The position numbers and the translations under genes were made by a program. 35,679 bases of DNA from Tubiluchus corallicola (lineage: Eukaryota; Animalia; Priapulida): contig JAQGDQ010001539.1 of the NCBI GenBank assembly GCA_030141605.1, forward strand, positions 1 to 35,679. Direction: 5' to 3'. The notes beneath the pieces were generated by a model. The model was not told the DNA's origin. It saw nothing but the letters and a program-made list of their open reading frames with translations, and made no database searches. Positions 1-10,053 of the stretch are shown here, in pieces. How positions within the stretch are numbered: position 1 is the stretch's first letter; each line of letters begins with the position of its first letter.

Positions 1-501
1 ATAACCACCACCATAACCACCTCCGTGTCCGCCACCATATCCACCTCCATGACCATATCCACCTTTGTGACCGTATCCCCCTCCGTGACCGTATCCTCCT
101 TTATGACCGTATCCACCTCCATGGCCGTATCCGTAACTGGGTTTGCGATACACCAAAACGTACTTTTTCACATAGACAGGCTTGTAATATCCGTATCCGC
201 CTTTGTGACCGTATCCGCCTCCGTGACCGTATCCGCCTCCGTGACCATATCCGCCATAACCTGCTCTTACCTCCAAAGCGATCTAAATGAATACAAACTA
301 TGTACAAACAATAAGGTGCTCTCAAGTGGGAAAATTAAAGCTATTTATCAACAGCCTTCAAAGTACAATGTTGTTAAAACCTACAATCATACAAGGAACT
401 GCTACAGAAACTGTCCAAATCTTTTGTCTAGTATTTTTTGTTAAAAAACCTACCATTGCTAGCAGCACTGCCACGACGACTAGAAACACTTTATTTAACA
501 T
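1..501 (-). CDS. Secreted Gly/Tyr/His-rich (GGGYGH-repeat) protein, copy A; join(complement 454..501, <1..282); 3' end outside the window
   Basis: Exon 501..454 encodes MLNKVFLVVVAVLLAM and is followed by a GTAGGT donor. After a TTTAG acceptor (AG at 284-283) the frame continues IALEVRAGYGGYGHGGGYGHGGGYGHKGGYGYYKPVYVKKYVLVYRKPSYGYGH... and stays open to the window edge. The joined N-terminus resembles a signal peptide ending V-R-A. Confidence 0.85.
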
Positions 502-2355
502 CTTTATAATCTGGAAAAGAAACATTTGTTCCTAATTAAACATTTTAATGAAACAAATGAAAACAAAAAGTGAATTTTTGTCAATCTAAAGTAGGACACG
601 CAAACTCGTTGTCTTTCAATGGCTCCACGCCAAATTACATAAAATTTTTTGGCAAATGACACGACGTGGGTAAAAATGACTCGACAATTCGTACAGTTTC
701 ATTTCGCCACGGAGTAAAACCATCCATCCACAAACCTTTACAGTTCACTACATAGAAAGCACGATACACCTGTGATAAAAGGGCTGCATCTCACACCCGA
801 ACTTATATACCGGGTTCGACTGAATCTGAGTTCTGAGACAGGTATAGAATAGCTATTATTAGTGTAAACACAGAAGTTTAGATAAACCTCTTTTTGGTTA
901 TCACATCACATGCCACCTCTTATGCCAAAAGGTTGCAAAAAACCAATCAATTTATCGTCAGTAAACTCAGCAAACATAATTAAATTGGATACCAAACTTG
1001 AAAGGCAGCAAATGTGAAAAAGTTGAGATACAACGTGGATCAGGGAATTCCAGCTTAATTAGAATAGAATAGAATAAAACAGACACTTAGAATACTAGGC
1101 ACCGTATACCCCAAACGATAAAGGAAGTTCAAAGTTCAGCCTTTGTAACCGACCAACCAAAAAGCTGTCGACAAGCTTCATCCCTTCATCCTAGGCTGTA
1201 AAAATCTGCTAAGACTTATAGTGTATTATAATATCATGTAGTAAAATGTCAATTTTGTAGGGCGCACTTGTTACTAATATTATTCTAGTATAAACTTGGG
1301 CACTTTTTGTCCACGATATATATATATATATATATATACACTGTTTATCGAAATCATATGATATCATTGATATAAATTGCTTACCTTTTTTGACAATAAA
1401 TATTAACCAGTTATTAAAATTACAATTTGGCGTGCGCACTACACTATAATACAACCACTCTTTTCTCAAAAACTGATGTAAGAACCTTGATTTCAATTTT
1501 ATATGAATGTCTTCGGCTGTTGTCCTACTAACCGATCATTCCACAGTAATTCTTTCATACGGATTGTTTTGACATTTCTTGGTGATGTTATTGTTTTACA
1601 ACTTTTACATCACAGAAAGGGAAACGCTAAAAACAACCAACCAACTAGTTTATGGTAACATAATTCACGTTGTTTAATTGATAATGATGTTTTACTCCGT
1701 GGCGAAATGGAACTGTACGAATTGTCGAGTCGTTTTACCCACGTCGAGTCATTTGCCAAAAAATTTTATGTAATTTGGCGTGGAGCCATTGAAAGACAAC
1801 GAGTTTGCGTGTCCTACTTTAGATTGACAAAAATTCACTTTTTGTTTTCATTTGTTTCATTAAAATGTTTAATTAGGAACAAATGTTTCTTTTCCAGATT
1901 GGAAAGATGTTAAATAAAGTGTTTCTAGTCGTCGTGGCAGTGCTGCTAGCAATGGTAGGTTTTTTAACAAAAAATACTAGACAAAAGATTTGGACAGTTT
2001 CTGTAGCAGTTCCTTGTATGATTGTAGGTTTTAACAACATTGTACTTTGAAGGCTGTTGATAAATAGCTTTAATTTTCCCACTTGAGAGCACCTTATTGT
2101 TTGTACATAGTTTGTATTCATTTAGATCGCTTTGGAGGTAAGAGCAGGTTATGGCGGATATGGTCACGGAGGCGGATACGGTCACGGAGGCGGATACGGT
2201 CACAAAGGCGGATACGGATATTACAAGCCTGTCTATGTGAAAAAGTACGTTTTGGTGTATCGCAAACCCAGTTACGGATACGGCCATGGAGGTGGATACG
2301 GTCATAAGGAGGATACGGTCACGGAGGGGGATACGGTCACAAAGGTGGCTATGGT
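52..2355. repeat. Long inverted repeat: arms 52..720 and 1689..2355 with a ~970-bp spacer
   Basis: 1689..2355 is a near-exact reverse complement of 52..720. ORF-track shadow ORFs 101..325(-) and 2083..2307(+) are identical, and 287..535(+) and 1873..2121(-) differ at one residue. Confidence 0.95.
736..809 (-). promoter_or_regulatory. Putative TATA box (802..809) and short non-coding leader exon (~777..736) of copy A
   Basis: Minus strand reads TATATAAG, then AAG|GTTTGT as a candidate donor about 70 nt downstream. A TTTTCCAG acceptor lies 9 nt upstream of the ATG, which implies an upstream exon. The equivalent site in copy C is TATAAAAG, and both fit TATAWAWR. Confidence 0.5.
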
Positions 2356-2421
2356 GGCTATGGTGGGTACGGCAATCGTGGCTATGGATATGGAGGTGGT
2401 TATGGTGGTGGATATCATTAA
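1907..2421 (+). pseudogene. Gly/Tyr/His-rich protein copy B; join(1907..1954, 2126..2421) with a 1-nt deletion at ~2306; pseudogene or consensus error
   Basis: Same signal-peptide exon and intron as copy A. It reads GGTCATAAGGAGGA where A and C read GGTCATAAAGGAGGA. Restoring one A gives ...GHKGGYGGYGGYGNRGYGYGGGYGGGYH* (TAA 2419-2421, 114 aa). Homology stops inside the inferred first intron, so the TATA box and leader exon are missing. Confidence 0.7.
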
Positions 2422-3414
2422 GGATGGTTGACAATTTTGCGACACCCTGTTTGCTCAATGACGTCACGTACGTCTACAAAAATTGGCGTAATTAATCACA
2501 CCGTATTTGACATGTGATAAGTATGGTACTAAATTATTTTGTTGATATTGTTATGAATTCGTGTACACGATGCCTTATCTCGCTTTGACCTTCTTGGGTC
2601 CTGAGCCTGTTCACTTCGCTTCGTAAACTAGTTTAAATGAAAATGAAAGTTCCACCAAAGATACTCTGTTGCAAAGGTAGTATATAGAGGCATCAATCAA
2701 ACCAAAGAAGCAACTTGCTTATGAAAACATATAAACCTGGCGTATCAGAGCAAAATGTGGCAAATCTGTTTCATCAACATAGGTGAGGGATATAGTCGAA
2801 TGGTGGGCCTGGGCGATGTTTGGCAATGTAGAAACTAGCTTGCCTTAAGAAATGGGTGACTCCCGGGTAAACCGCTTTTGGGTGGTGTCATGTAAAGCCC
2901 CATTGTTTCTTATTAAAAAATTGTGTAATCCGAAAGTTGCTAATGCACTTCTGCTTCTTCGTTATATCTTAATGAATTATAGTGATAATTGGAAAGATTT
3001 TAGTTCCACTGCAAAAATCACCATAAAAAGTAAGCCACGTCACTGATTGTTGAACTCAGACTTGCAGTGTACTGAACTGTGAGAGGAAACTATTTTTGGT
3101 TCCAAATTCCAATTAATAACACTCACCTAGTTTCTTTAAAATTGTTCAGTTATCGCGGGAAGCTCATAGTAGCTGAAGAAACTGAAGAAACCGCTTCAGC
3201 AAAAGATGAAGCCGAATCATGCATCGTTGCTCCGTCTATTGGTGGAAAATCAAAATTAACTTTTGTCACGTTTTGCTCGAAAGCAATAATAATTAATGAT
3301 GGTTGTGTATGACATTGTGACTATTGACTGGAAATAGCAAGTTGTGAATTACAATACTGATGCAAAAAAATGTTATAAATAGCTCGGTTTTCTTTGTTTC
3401 TGTTATGACACGTT

Positions 3415-4210
3415 GCACAAAAAAACAGGTGCTGTACCACTCACTAAGCCTTTTCACAATTCCAGCGATTGATGATGATCGTGAAAAGGTCAAAGGTTCA
3501 GTTTACCAGACAACACATTTGTATACATTTGACAACGCCTTGCAGCCAAGCTATTGTAATTCTAACAGTTTTAACAGGTAGCTAGAACCTTACCCAGTTC
3601 ATTTTTTTCTTGCTCCCAACCAAGATTCTACTAGTAAATCACTTTATGCATAGATTAATGCATAATTAAGTAACGTCTACATAAAACAACTGAAGTTACT
3701 GAGCAGGTGCGGTAGACGGCTTTATTTTACACACATGTCACGTGACTGTTATAGTTAAGAAGCGTTGCTATGACCTGTCACTTTTGACCTGCAGCAACTG
3801 CGCGTGCGCACAACAAAACCGTGAAAAAGCTTATTCAGAGGTGCTCAGTTGTGATGCATTGCCCACGTTCGAGAACTCATGCGTGAGCACAGCGGTGAAC
3901 TTGAAATTTAAATTTTAAAGTTAAAATGTACCGATTTTTTGTGCCACGCACTTAAAGTTGTACAGCACCACCATACGACAATTTTCGCTTTCGCAAACAC
4001 GTGCAACACGCTCATGGAATATTTGTGCTGTTAAAAATTTTGTTTAGTTGTGATGTCATCACTAATTGGGCTTGCCCGCCGTTAACTAAGTTTTTAACCT
4101 ATTATTTAATTATCAGAAACGCTTCGGCATTATCACAGTGTTAAAAAGCATACTTTTAGCGGACTTCGAAATTGAGGCAGGATATGAAAGACTTTTCTCT
4201 ATTCCTTTAA
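3415..4210 (+). mobile_element. Degenerate non-autonomous DNA transposon (Kolobok/T2-MITE-like), copy 1; left end unclear
   Basis: Shares TCGCAAACACGTGCAACACGCTCATG and TATTATTTAATTATCAGAAACGCTT with 18321..18842, and AAAAACAGGTGCTGTACC with the copy at 19228. It ends in CCT-TTAA at 4204-4210. Confidence 0.55.
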
Positions 4211-5212
4211 TAAACATAAATAAAAAACAAAGTGAAACACTAACAAACAGTTTATATAAATTTATTTGTCATGAAAACTTATTGAAGACAATTGAAACCA
4301 TTAAGTATGGTAAGAAAATAGTTGCCAAAATAGAAGATAATTTTCTGTTAGCAAACGTCAGCCACAATTAAAGTACATAGTGAGGTAGGCCTGCTTGATC
4401 TGAAGCATAACTATAATATTTATCAAAATTTATAACAAAACGAAAAACGTGTAACTTAACATAAAGCAAGAGCATCCTAGATAACGCGTTTGAAATACAG
4501 TCATACCTCTGTTTTCGACCATTATTCGTTCCTAAAAAGTGTTTGAAAACCGATATGGTTGAGAACCGAATCATTTATTCCCATAAGAAATAATGTAAAA
4601 GCAAATAATCCGTTCTCAAGCACCAAATGAACTGTAAAGTATTACTAAAACGAAATATAATAATGCAAAAATGTTTATTCAAACAGTAGATATGATATAA
4701 TTGATAAGAAAAACATAATAGAATTACTTGGAAAGAAAAACATAATTGTTCCTGCATGAAAAATAAGCGTAGAAAGTAGTTAGCGATGTTAGGCGATTCA
4801 AATCTTGTGCGTGACTACTCTCGGTTCAACTCGGCTCGTGTTCATCACGTGTTTGGCGGTTGGTGGAGTACCGAATTTCGGGTCGAGAACGAAGACAATT
4901 TCATCTCGAATTTTCTGGTCGAAAACCGATTTGTACGAGGACGGAGACGTTCGAAAACGGAGGTATGACTGTAATGAGTAACTCGCACAACATTTTTACC
5001 CCTGCCAATTGTAACTGGCCCAAATCATGCAATAAAGGTCAGCATTCTGTATTTTTCGTGAGCATAAGTGTTCCGCTTCCGTTATCATTACAATTGCAAA
5101 CACGACATGAGCCAAAGACAAGAAAACGAACATGCTACATGCCATACGTTCGCTCCAAAATTTCATTCAGTTTTGGTTTTCATCAAAGTGTCTCGAGTTG
5201 AACTTTGCCTCG

Positions 5213-5934
5213 TCAATGATATCCATATCCACCACCGTATCCACCACCGTGACCACCTTTGTAACCACCATATCCACCACCGTATCCACCACTGTGACCA
5301 CCATATCCACCACCATGTCCACCTCCATATCCACCACCATGTCCACCTCCATATCCACCACCATGTCCACCACCGTATCCACCACTGTGACCACCATATC
5401 CACCACCATGTCCACCACCGTATCCACCACCATGTCCACCTCCATAACCACCATGGCCACCTCCATAACCACCACCATAACCACCTCCGTGTCCGCCACC
5501 ATATCCACCTCCATGACCATATCCACCTTTGTGACCATATCCGCCTCCATGGCCGTATCCTCCTTTATGACCGTATCCACCTCCATGGCCGTATCCGTAA
5601 CTGGGTTTGCGATACACCAAAACGTACTTTTTCTCATAGACAGGCTTGTAATATGCGTATCCGCCTTTGTGACCGTATCCGCCTCCGTGACCATATCCGC
5701 CATAACCTGCTCTTACCTCCAAAGCGACCTAAATGGATACAAATTATGTATAAACAATTAGGTGTTCCCATGGGGGGAAATTAAAGCTATTTATCAACAG
5801 CCTTCAAAGTACAATGTTTTTAAAACCTACAATCATACAAGGAACTACAACAAAAACTAGTATTTATTTTTTGTTAAAAAACTTACCATTGCTAGCAGCA
5901 CTGCCACGACGACTAGAAACACTTTATTTAACAT
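5213..5934 (-). CDS. Secreted Gly/Tyr/His-rich protein, copy C (intact, 187 aa); join(complement 5887..5934, 5213..5728)
   Basis: MLNKVFLVVVAVLLAM, then a 158-nt GTAAGT...TTTAG intron, then VALEVRAGYGGYGHGGGYGHKGGYAYYKPVYEKKYVLVYRKPSYGYGH followed by GGGY/GGGH repeats and ending GYH*. The second exon corresponds to ORF 5213..5722. Confidence 0.9.
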
Positions 5935-7126
5935 CTTTATAATCTGGAAAAGAAACATTTGTTCCTAATTAAACATTTTAATGAAACAAATGAAAACAAA
6001 AAGTGAATTTTTGACAATCTACAGTAGGACACGCAAACTCGTTGTCTTTCAATTGCTCCACGCCAAATTACATAAAAATTTTTGACAAATGACACGACGT
6101 GGGTAAAAATGACTCGACAATTCGTACAGTTTCATTTCGCCACGGAGTAAAACCATCCATCCACAAACCTTTACAGTTCACTACATAGAAAGCACGATAC
6201 ACCTGTGAAAATAGGGCTGCATCTCACCCCCGAACTTTTATACCGGGTTCGACTGAATCTGAGTTCTGAGACAGGTATAGAATAACTATTATTGGTCTAA
6301 GCACAGAAGTTTAGATAAACCTCTTTTTGGTTATCACATCACATGCAACCTCTTATGCCAAAAGGTTGCAAAAAACCAATCAATTTATCGTCAGTAAACT
6401 CAGCAAACATAATTAAATTGGATACCAAACTTGAAAGGCAGCAAATGTGAAAAAGTTGAGATACAACGTGGATCAGGGAATTCCAGCTTAATTAGAATAG
6501 AATAGAATAAAACAGACACTTAGAATACTAGGCACCGTATACCCCAAACGATAAAGGAAGTTCAAAGTTCAGCCTTTGTAACCGACCAACCAAAAAGCTG
6601 TCGACAAGCTTCATCCCTTCATCCTAGGCTGTAAAAATCTGCTAAGACTTATAGTGTATTATAATATCATGTAGTAAAATGTCAATTTTGTAGGGCGCAC
6701 TTGTTACTAATATTATTCTAGTATAAACTTGGGCACTTTTTGTCCACGATATATATATATATATATATATACACTGTTTATCGAAATCATATGATATCAT
6801 TGATATAAATTGCTTACCTTTTTTGACAATAAATATTAACCAGTTATTAAAATTACAATTTGGCGTGCGCACTACACTATAATACAACCACTCTTTTCTC
6901 AAAAACTGATGTAAGAACCTTGATTTCAATTTTATATGAATGTCTTCGGCTGTTGTCCTACTAACCGATCATTCCACAGTAATTCTTTCATACGGATTGT
7001 TTTGACATTTCTTGGTGATGTTATTGTTTTACAACTTTTACATCACAGAAAGGGAAACGCTAAAAACAACCAACCAACTAGTTTATGGTAACATAATTCA
7101 CGTTGTTTAATTGATAATGATGTTTT
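5465..7126. repeat. Direct segmental duplication, copy 2 (partner 1..1693)
   Basis: Direct sequence match. 6348..7126 appears identical by eye to 915..1693, including (TA)n length. Confidence 0.95.
6169..6242 (-). promoter_or_regulatory. Putative TATA box (6235..6242) and non-coding leader exon of copy C
   Basis: Minus-strand TATAAAAG, a candidate AAG|GTTTGT donor at 6168, and a TTTTCCAG acceptor (AG at 5945-5944) just upstream of the ATG. Confidence 0.5.
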
Positions 7127-7359
7127 CATTAAAACCCTATTAGTTTCTCTCTCACGTATTAACATAGCAAAGTAATAAACTGACTATTGTAAACGTCGAT
7201 TTTATTATCTCGATTATAACAATAGAGAAATTTAGAAGTTTGAGCCTCTAAAATTAGATCACTGGAGTGTCCCTAACCTTGACCATACTGTCTAAACTAA
7301 TTTTAACTAATAGCTGTCTTTCTTTGTACTGCTGTCCTTGGTCCTTGGTTCCTACTTTT

Positions 7360-7459
7360 CCGCCTCCCTCTGTATCTCCTCCTCCTCTTCCTCCTCCCAC
7401 TCTCACTCACTCACCCTTTCCCTCTCTTTCTTTTTCTCTCCCTCTCCCTCTCCTTCTCC

Positions 7460-7520
<61 letters not shown>

Positions 7521-7535
7521 GTCTCTCTCTCTCCC

Positions 7536-7572
<37 letters not shown>

Positions 7573-7574
7573 TC
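7360..7574. repeat. Polypyrimidine tract with (CT)n microsatellite
   Basis: Long CT dinucleotide run with few interruptions. Confidence 0.95.
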
Positions 7575-7891
7575 AGCTGTAAAAAAGTAAAGGAACTCTT
7601 TATTGGCCTGGTAAAACTACCTGCAGTGTTGGAAGATTCAGAAGGGTAGAAATTTCCTTCATCAAGGGTTCCCAATTCAACACTTTGCAGTATATAATGA
7701 GCTGCCAACGATTTTCATTCGTTAACAGCTTTTAAGAGGTGGTGTGCCAATTCAAAATTTTATCTGGTTGGAATTCGTATCCCGTACAAGTTCGTGTATG
7801 GTACGTCATCAAATGCCGGCGCCTTATTGGTCAAACGAACGATCGCTCAGTCAGTTTATCAACCACGCAACGTATGACGTGTTAATGAAGA

Positions 7892-8195
7892 TATTGTATT
7901 GTATTGTGTTGTGTTGTGTCGTGTCGTGTCGTATCGCATCGTATCGTATCGTATCGTATCGTATCGTATCGTATCGTATCGTATCGTATTGTATTGTATT
8001 GTATTGTAATTGCATTGCATTGCATTGCATTGCATTGCATTGCATTGCATTGCATTGCATTGCATTGCATTGCATTGCATTGCATTGCATTGCATTGCAT
8101 TGAATTGCATTGTATTGTATTGTATTGCAATGCATTGCATTGTATTGTATTACAATGCATTGCATTACATATAATACATTACATTACATTACATA
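7892..8195. repeat. Compound pentanucleotide microsatellite (GTATT/GTGTT/GTGTC/GTATC/GCATT/ACATT)
   Basis: 5-bp periodicity throughout, organised in blocks of variant units. Confidence 0.95.
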
Positions 8196-9323
8196 TATTG
8201 TTTTACATATTATAAATCTATTATTTATTTAGACACAAGAGTACATAAAAATAAAATAGCACACAAAGAGCATAAAATGGCATATGTACAAAAGGGATTC
8301 ACTGGAGTGCCAGCAGTAAGTAATAAAAACAAGCTAAATTAAATTCGCAAACGTAAAGCACAATACCTAAAAATAAATGAACCTAATTGCTACGTAACAG
8401 CTGCAAGATAAGACAGAAAAATGAAACCAAGAAAACTATTGAGTGAGGCCACTGTGAAAGTAAAACACGTTAAAATAATAGCTAATTACAAAATTAGTAA
8501 TTAAGTAAACATAAAAGTAATTACGACCTTAGCTTTTTAACCGGAAACATATTTGAGAAACCAGATAAAGATTTGCAATTCTAAATTAATACAGGTTTGA
8601 CCCAAATGCGGCCTGTTGCACTGCCAAAATGCAGTCCATTAACTTACATGAAACACATCATCGTCAAAAAATTTCCTTTTTATTTTGACTTAAGCAATCA
8701 TCGAGTCTGTTTCATCTCAGGTAAATTCTGATTTTAGGCTTGGTCCTCCTAATTGCTATTTTGTGAAATGTCGACCGTTGGTATTCTTTCCATAAATCTG
8801 GTAAGTTTTCGAGAAAGGTTTGGTAAAATATTGCATCTTCAGCTTCCTATAACTATACATAATGTTTCCATTCTTATTTCTATGACATTTTTACGATTTG
8901 CCGTTTCCAGAATTTAACACCCTGTGAAGTACAGAGTTTTTCTGTATTTAAACTGTTTTATACGTTCTGCATTATGAAAAACTTGACTATTTATTTAGTA
9001 AAAAAACTATTTATTTAGTAAATACATTTCTTTCTTTTGTAGGCAAGGCAGTCCGCCATGTTTTTTTTAGTCGATCTGATAAACTGTGACAAAAGAGCAG
9101 CCTCACTTGTAAAAATAAGTTTTAAGTTCAAGTTCTATACGCTTTGTTTGCATGCCCCAGTTGAAGCTATTCTTAAAAAATTTCCATAATCCACGGGCAT
9201 CTTAACTTAATGCTTTTTTCCGTTTAAGTACGGAAAGCTTGTTTTTATCGCAAGATCAAGCGTGACAACATATTGTCACTCTTTTAAAGACGAAAACATG
9301 TTAGATTTTTTGGTGACAGAAAT

Positions 9324-9353
9324 GGAGAGAAAGAACGAGAGTGACAGAGAAAG

Positions 9354-9438
<85 letters not shown>

Positions 9439-9461
9439 GAGAGAGAGAATGAGAGAAAGAG

Positions 9462-9538
<77 letters not shown>
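9324..9538. repeat. (GA)n microsatellite ending in a G run
   Basis: Direct reading of the sequence. Confidence 0.95.
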
Positions 9539-9788
9539 AACAGTACCTCAGAATTTACGCATGGTGCCAGTAATTTCGATCAATTGAGAAGCATCAGAAA
9601 ATCACAGAAAGGTCGTCGCATTTTTTCAAACTACAATCAGCTAAACTAACAGAAATAGCCCACGTTTAGTCAGTTTATGAACCTGTCTTGAAAGAAGGAA
9701 ATGCGAACAAAAGTCGAAACTGAGATGGATTTAAACCTTAAACACATACATGCACTGATTCAATGTCCTTACAGCCACGTAACTCGCA

Positions 9789-10053
9789 GGCGTGTTCAGA
9801 CTAGAGAGCAAAACTTGTTGCGAGTTACTCTCCGACAGTAAGCACAAGCTAACACTCACTTGCCTAACTATTCATTGCCAGACGTGTCCAGAGTAACCCG
9901 CCGAGGTGTTCACACAAACCAGTAACTCGAAGGAAATCAACTCGCAGCAACTGTCGGAGAGTTTGCAATAACTTGCCGATAGTAACTCGCAAAGCAGTTC
10001 ACACTTGTGAGTTTACTGTCAGAGAGAAAACTCGCTTGTTAGTTTGAACGCGG
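9789..10053. mobile_element. Palindromic MITE-like element (~265 bp)
   Basis: GTTCAGACTA (9794-9803) pairs imperfectly with TAGTTTGAAC (10040-10049). CTCTCCGACAGT (9828-9839) has reverse complements at 9950-9961 (exact) and 10015-10026 (one mismatch). AACTCGC and GTTCACAC motifs recur. No clear TSD. Confidence 0.55.

Larger units (their letters stand above)
1..1693. repeat. Direct segmental duplication, copy 1 (partner 5465..7126)
   Basis: Gene A plus its upstream DNA matches gene C plus its upstream DNA. Shadow ORFs 1209..1496 and 6642..6929 are identical (offset 5433). Homology ends at ...ATAATGATGTTTT in both copies. Confidence 0.95.

Noticed and set aside
1209-1496. Identical 95-aa ORFs at 1209..1496 and 6642..6929
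   Set aside because: Identity reflects the recent duplication. The ORF has a TTG start, spans a (TA)n run and shows no protein-like features.
2459-2466. CRE palindrome TGACGTCA downstream of copy B
   Set aside because: A single 8-mer is expected by chance in a window of this size.
5068-5784. His-rich, Thr/Ser-rich and Val/Asp/Met-rich ORFs overlapping the Gly-rich genes (also 25..444, 1964..2467, 2286..2495)
   Set aside because: These are shadow frames of GGN/TAY/CAY repeats that lack stop codons. Only the Gly-rich frame splices to a signal-peptide exon.
7267-9573. ORFs with (SL)n, (ER)n, (CIALH)n and (QCNAM)n repeats
   Set aside because: They are translations of microsatellites.
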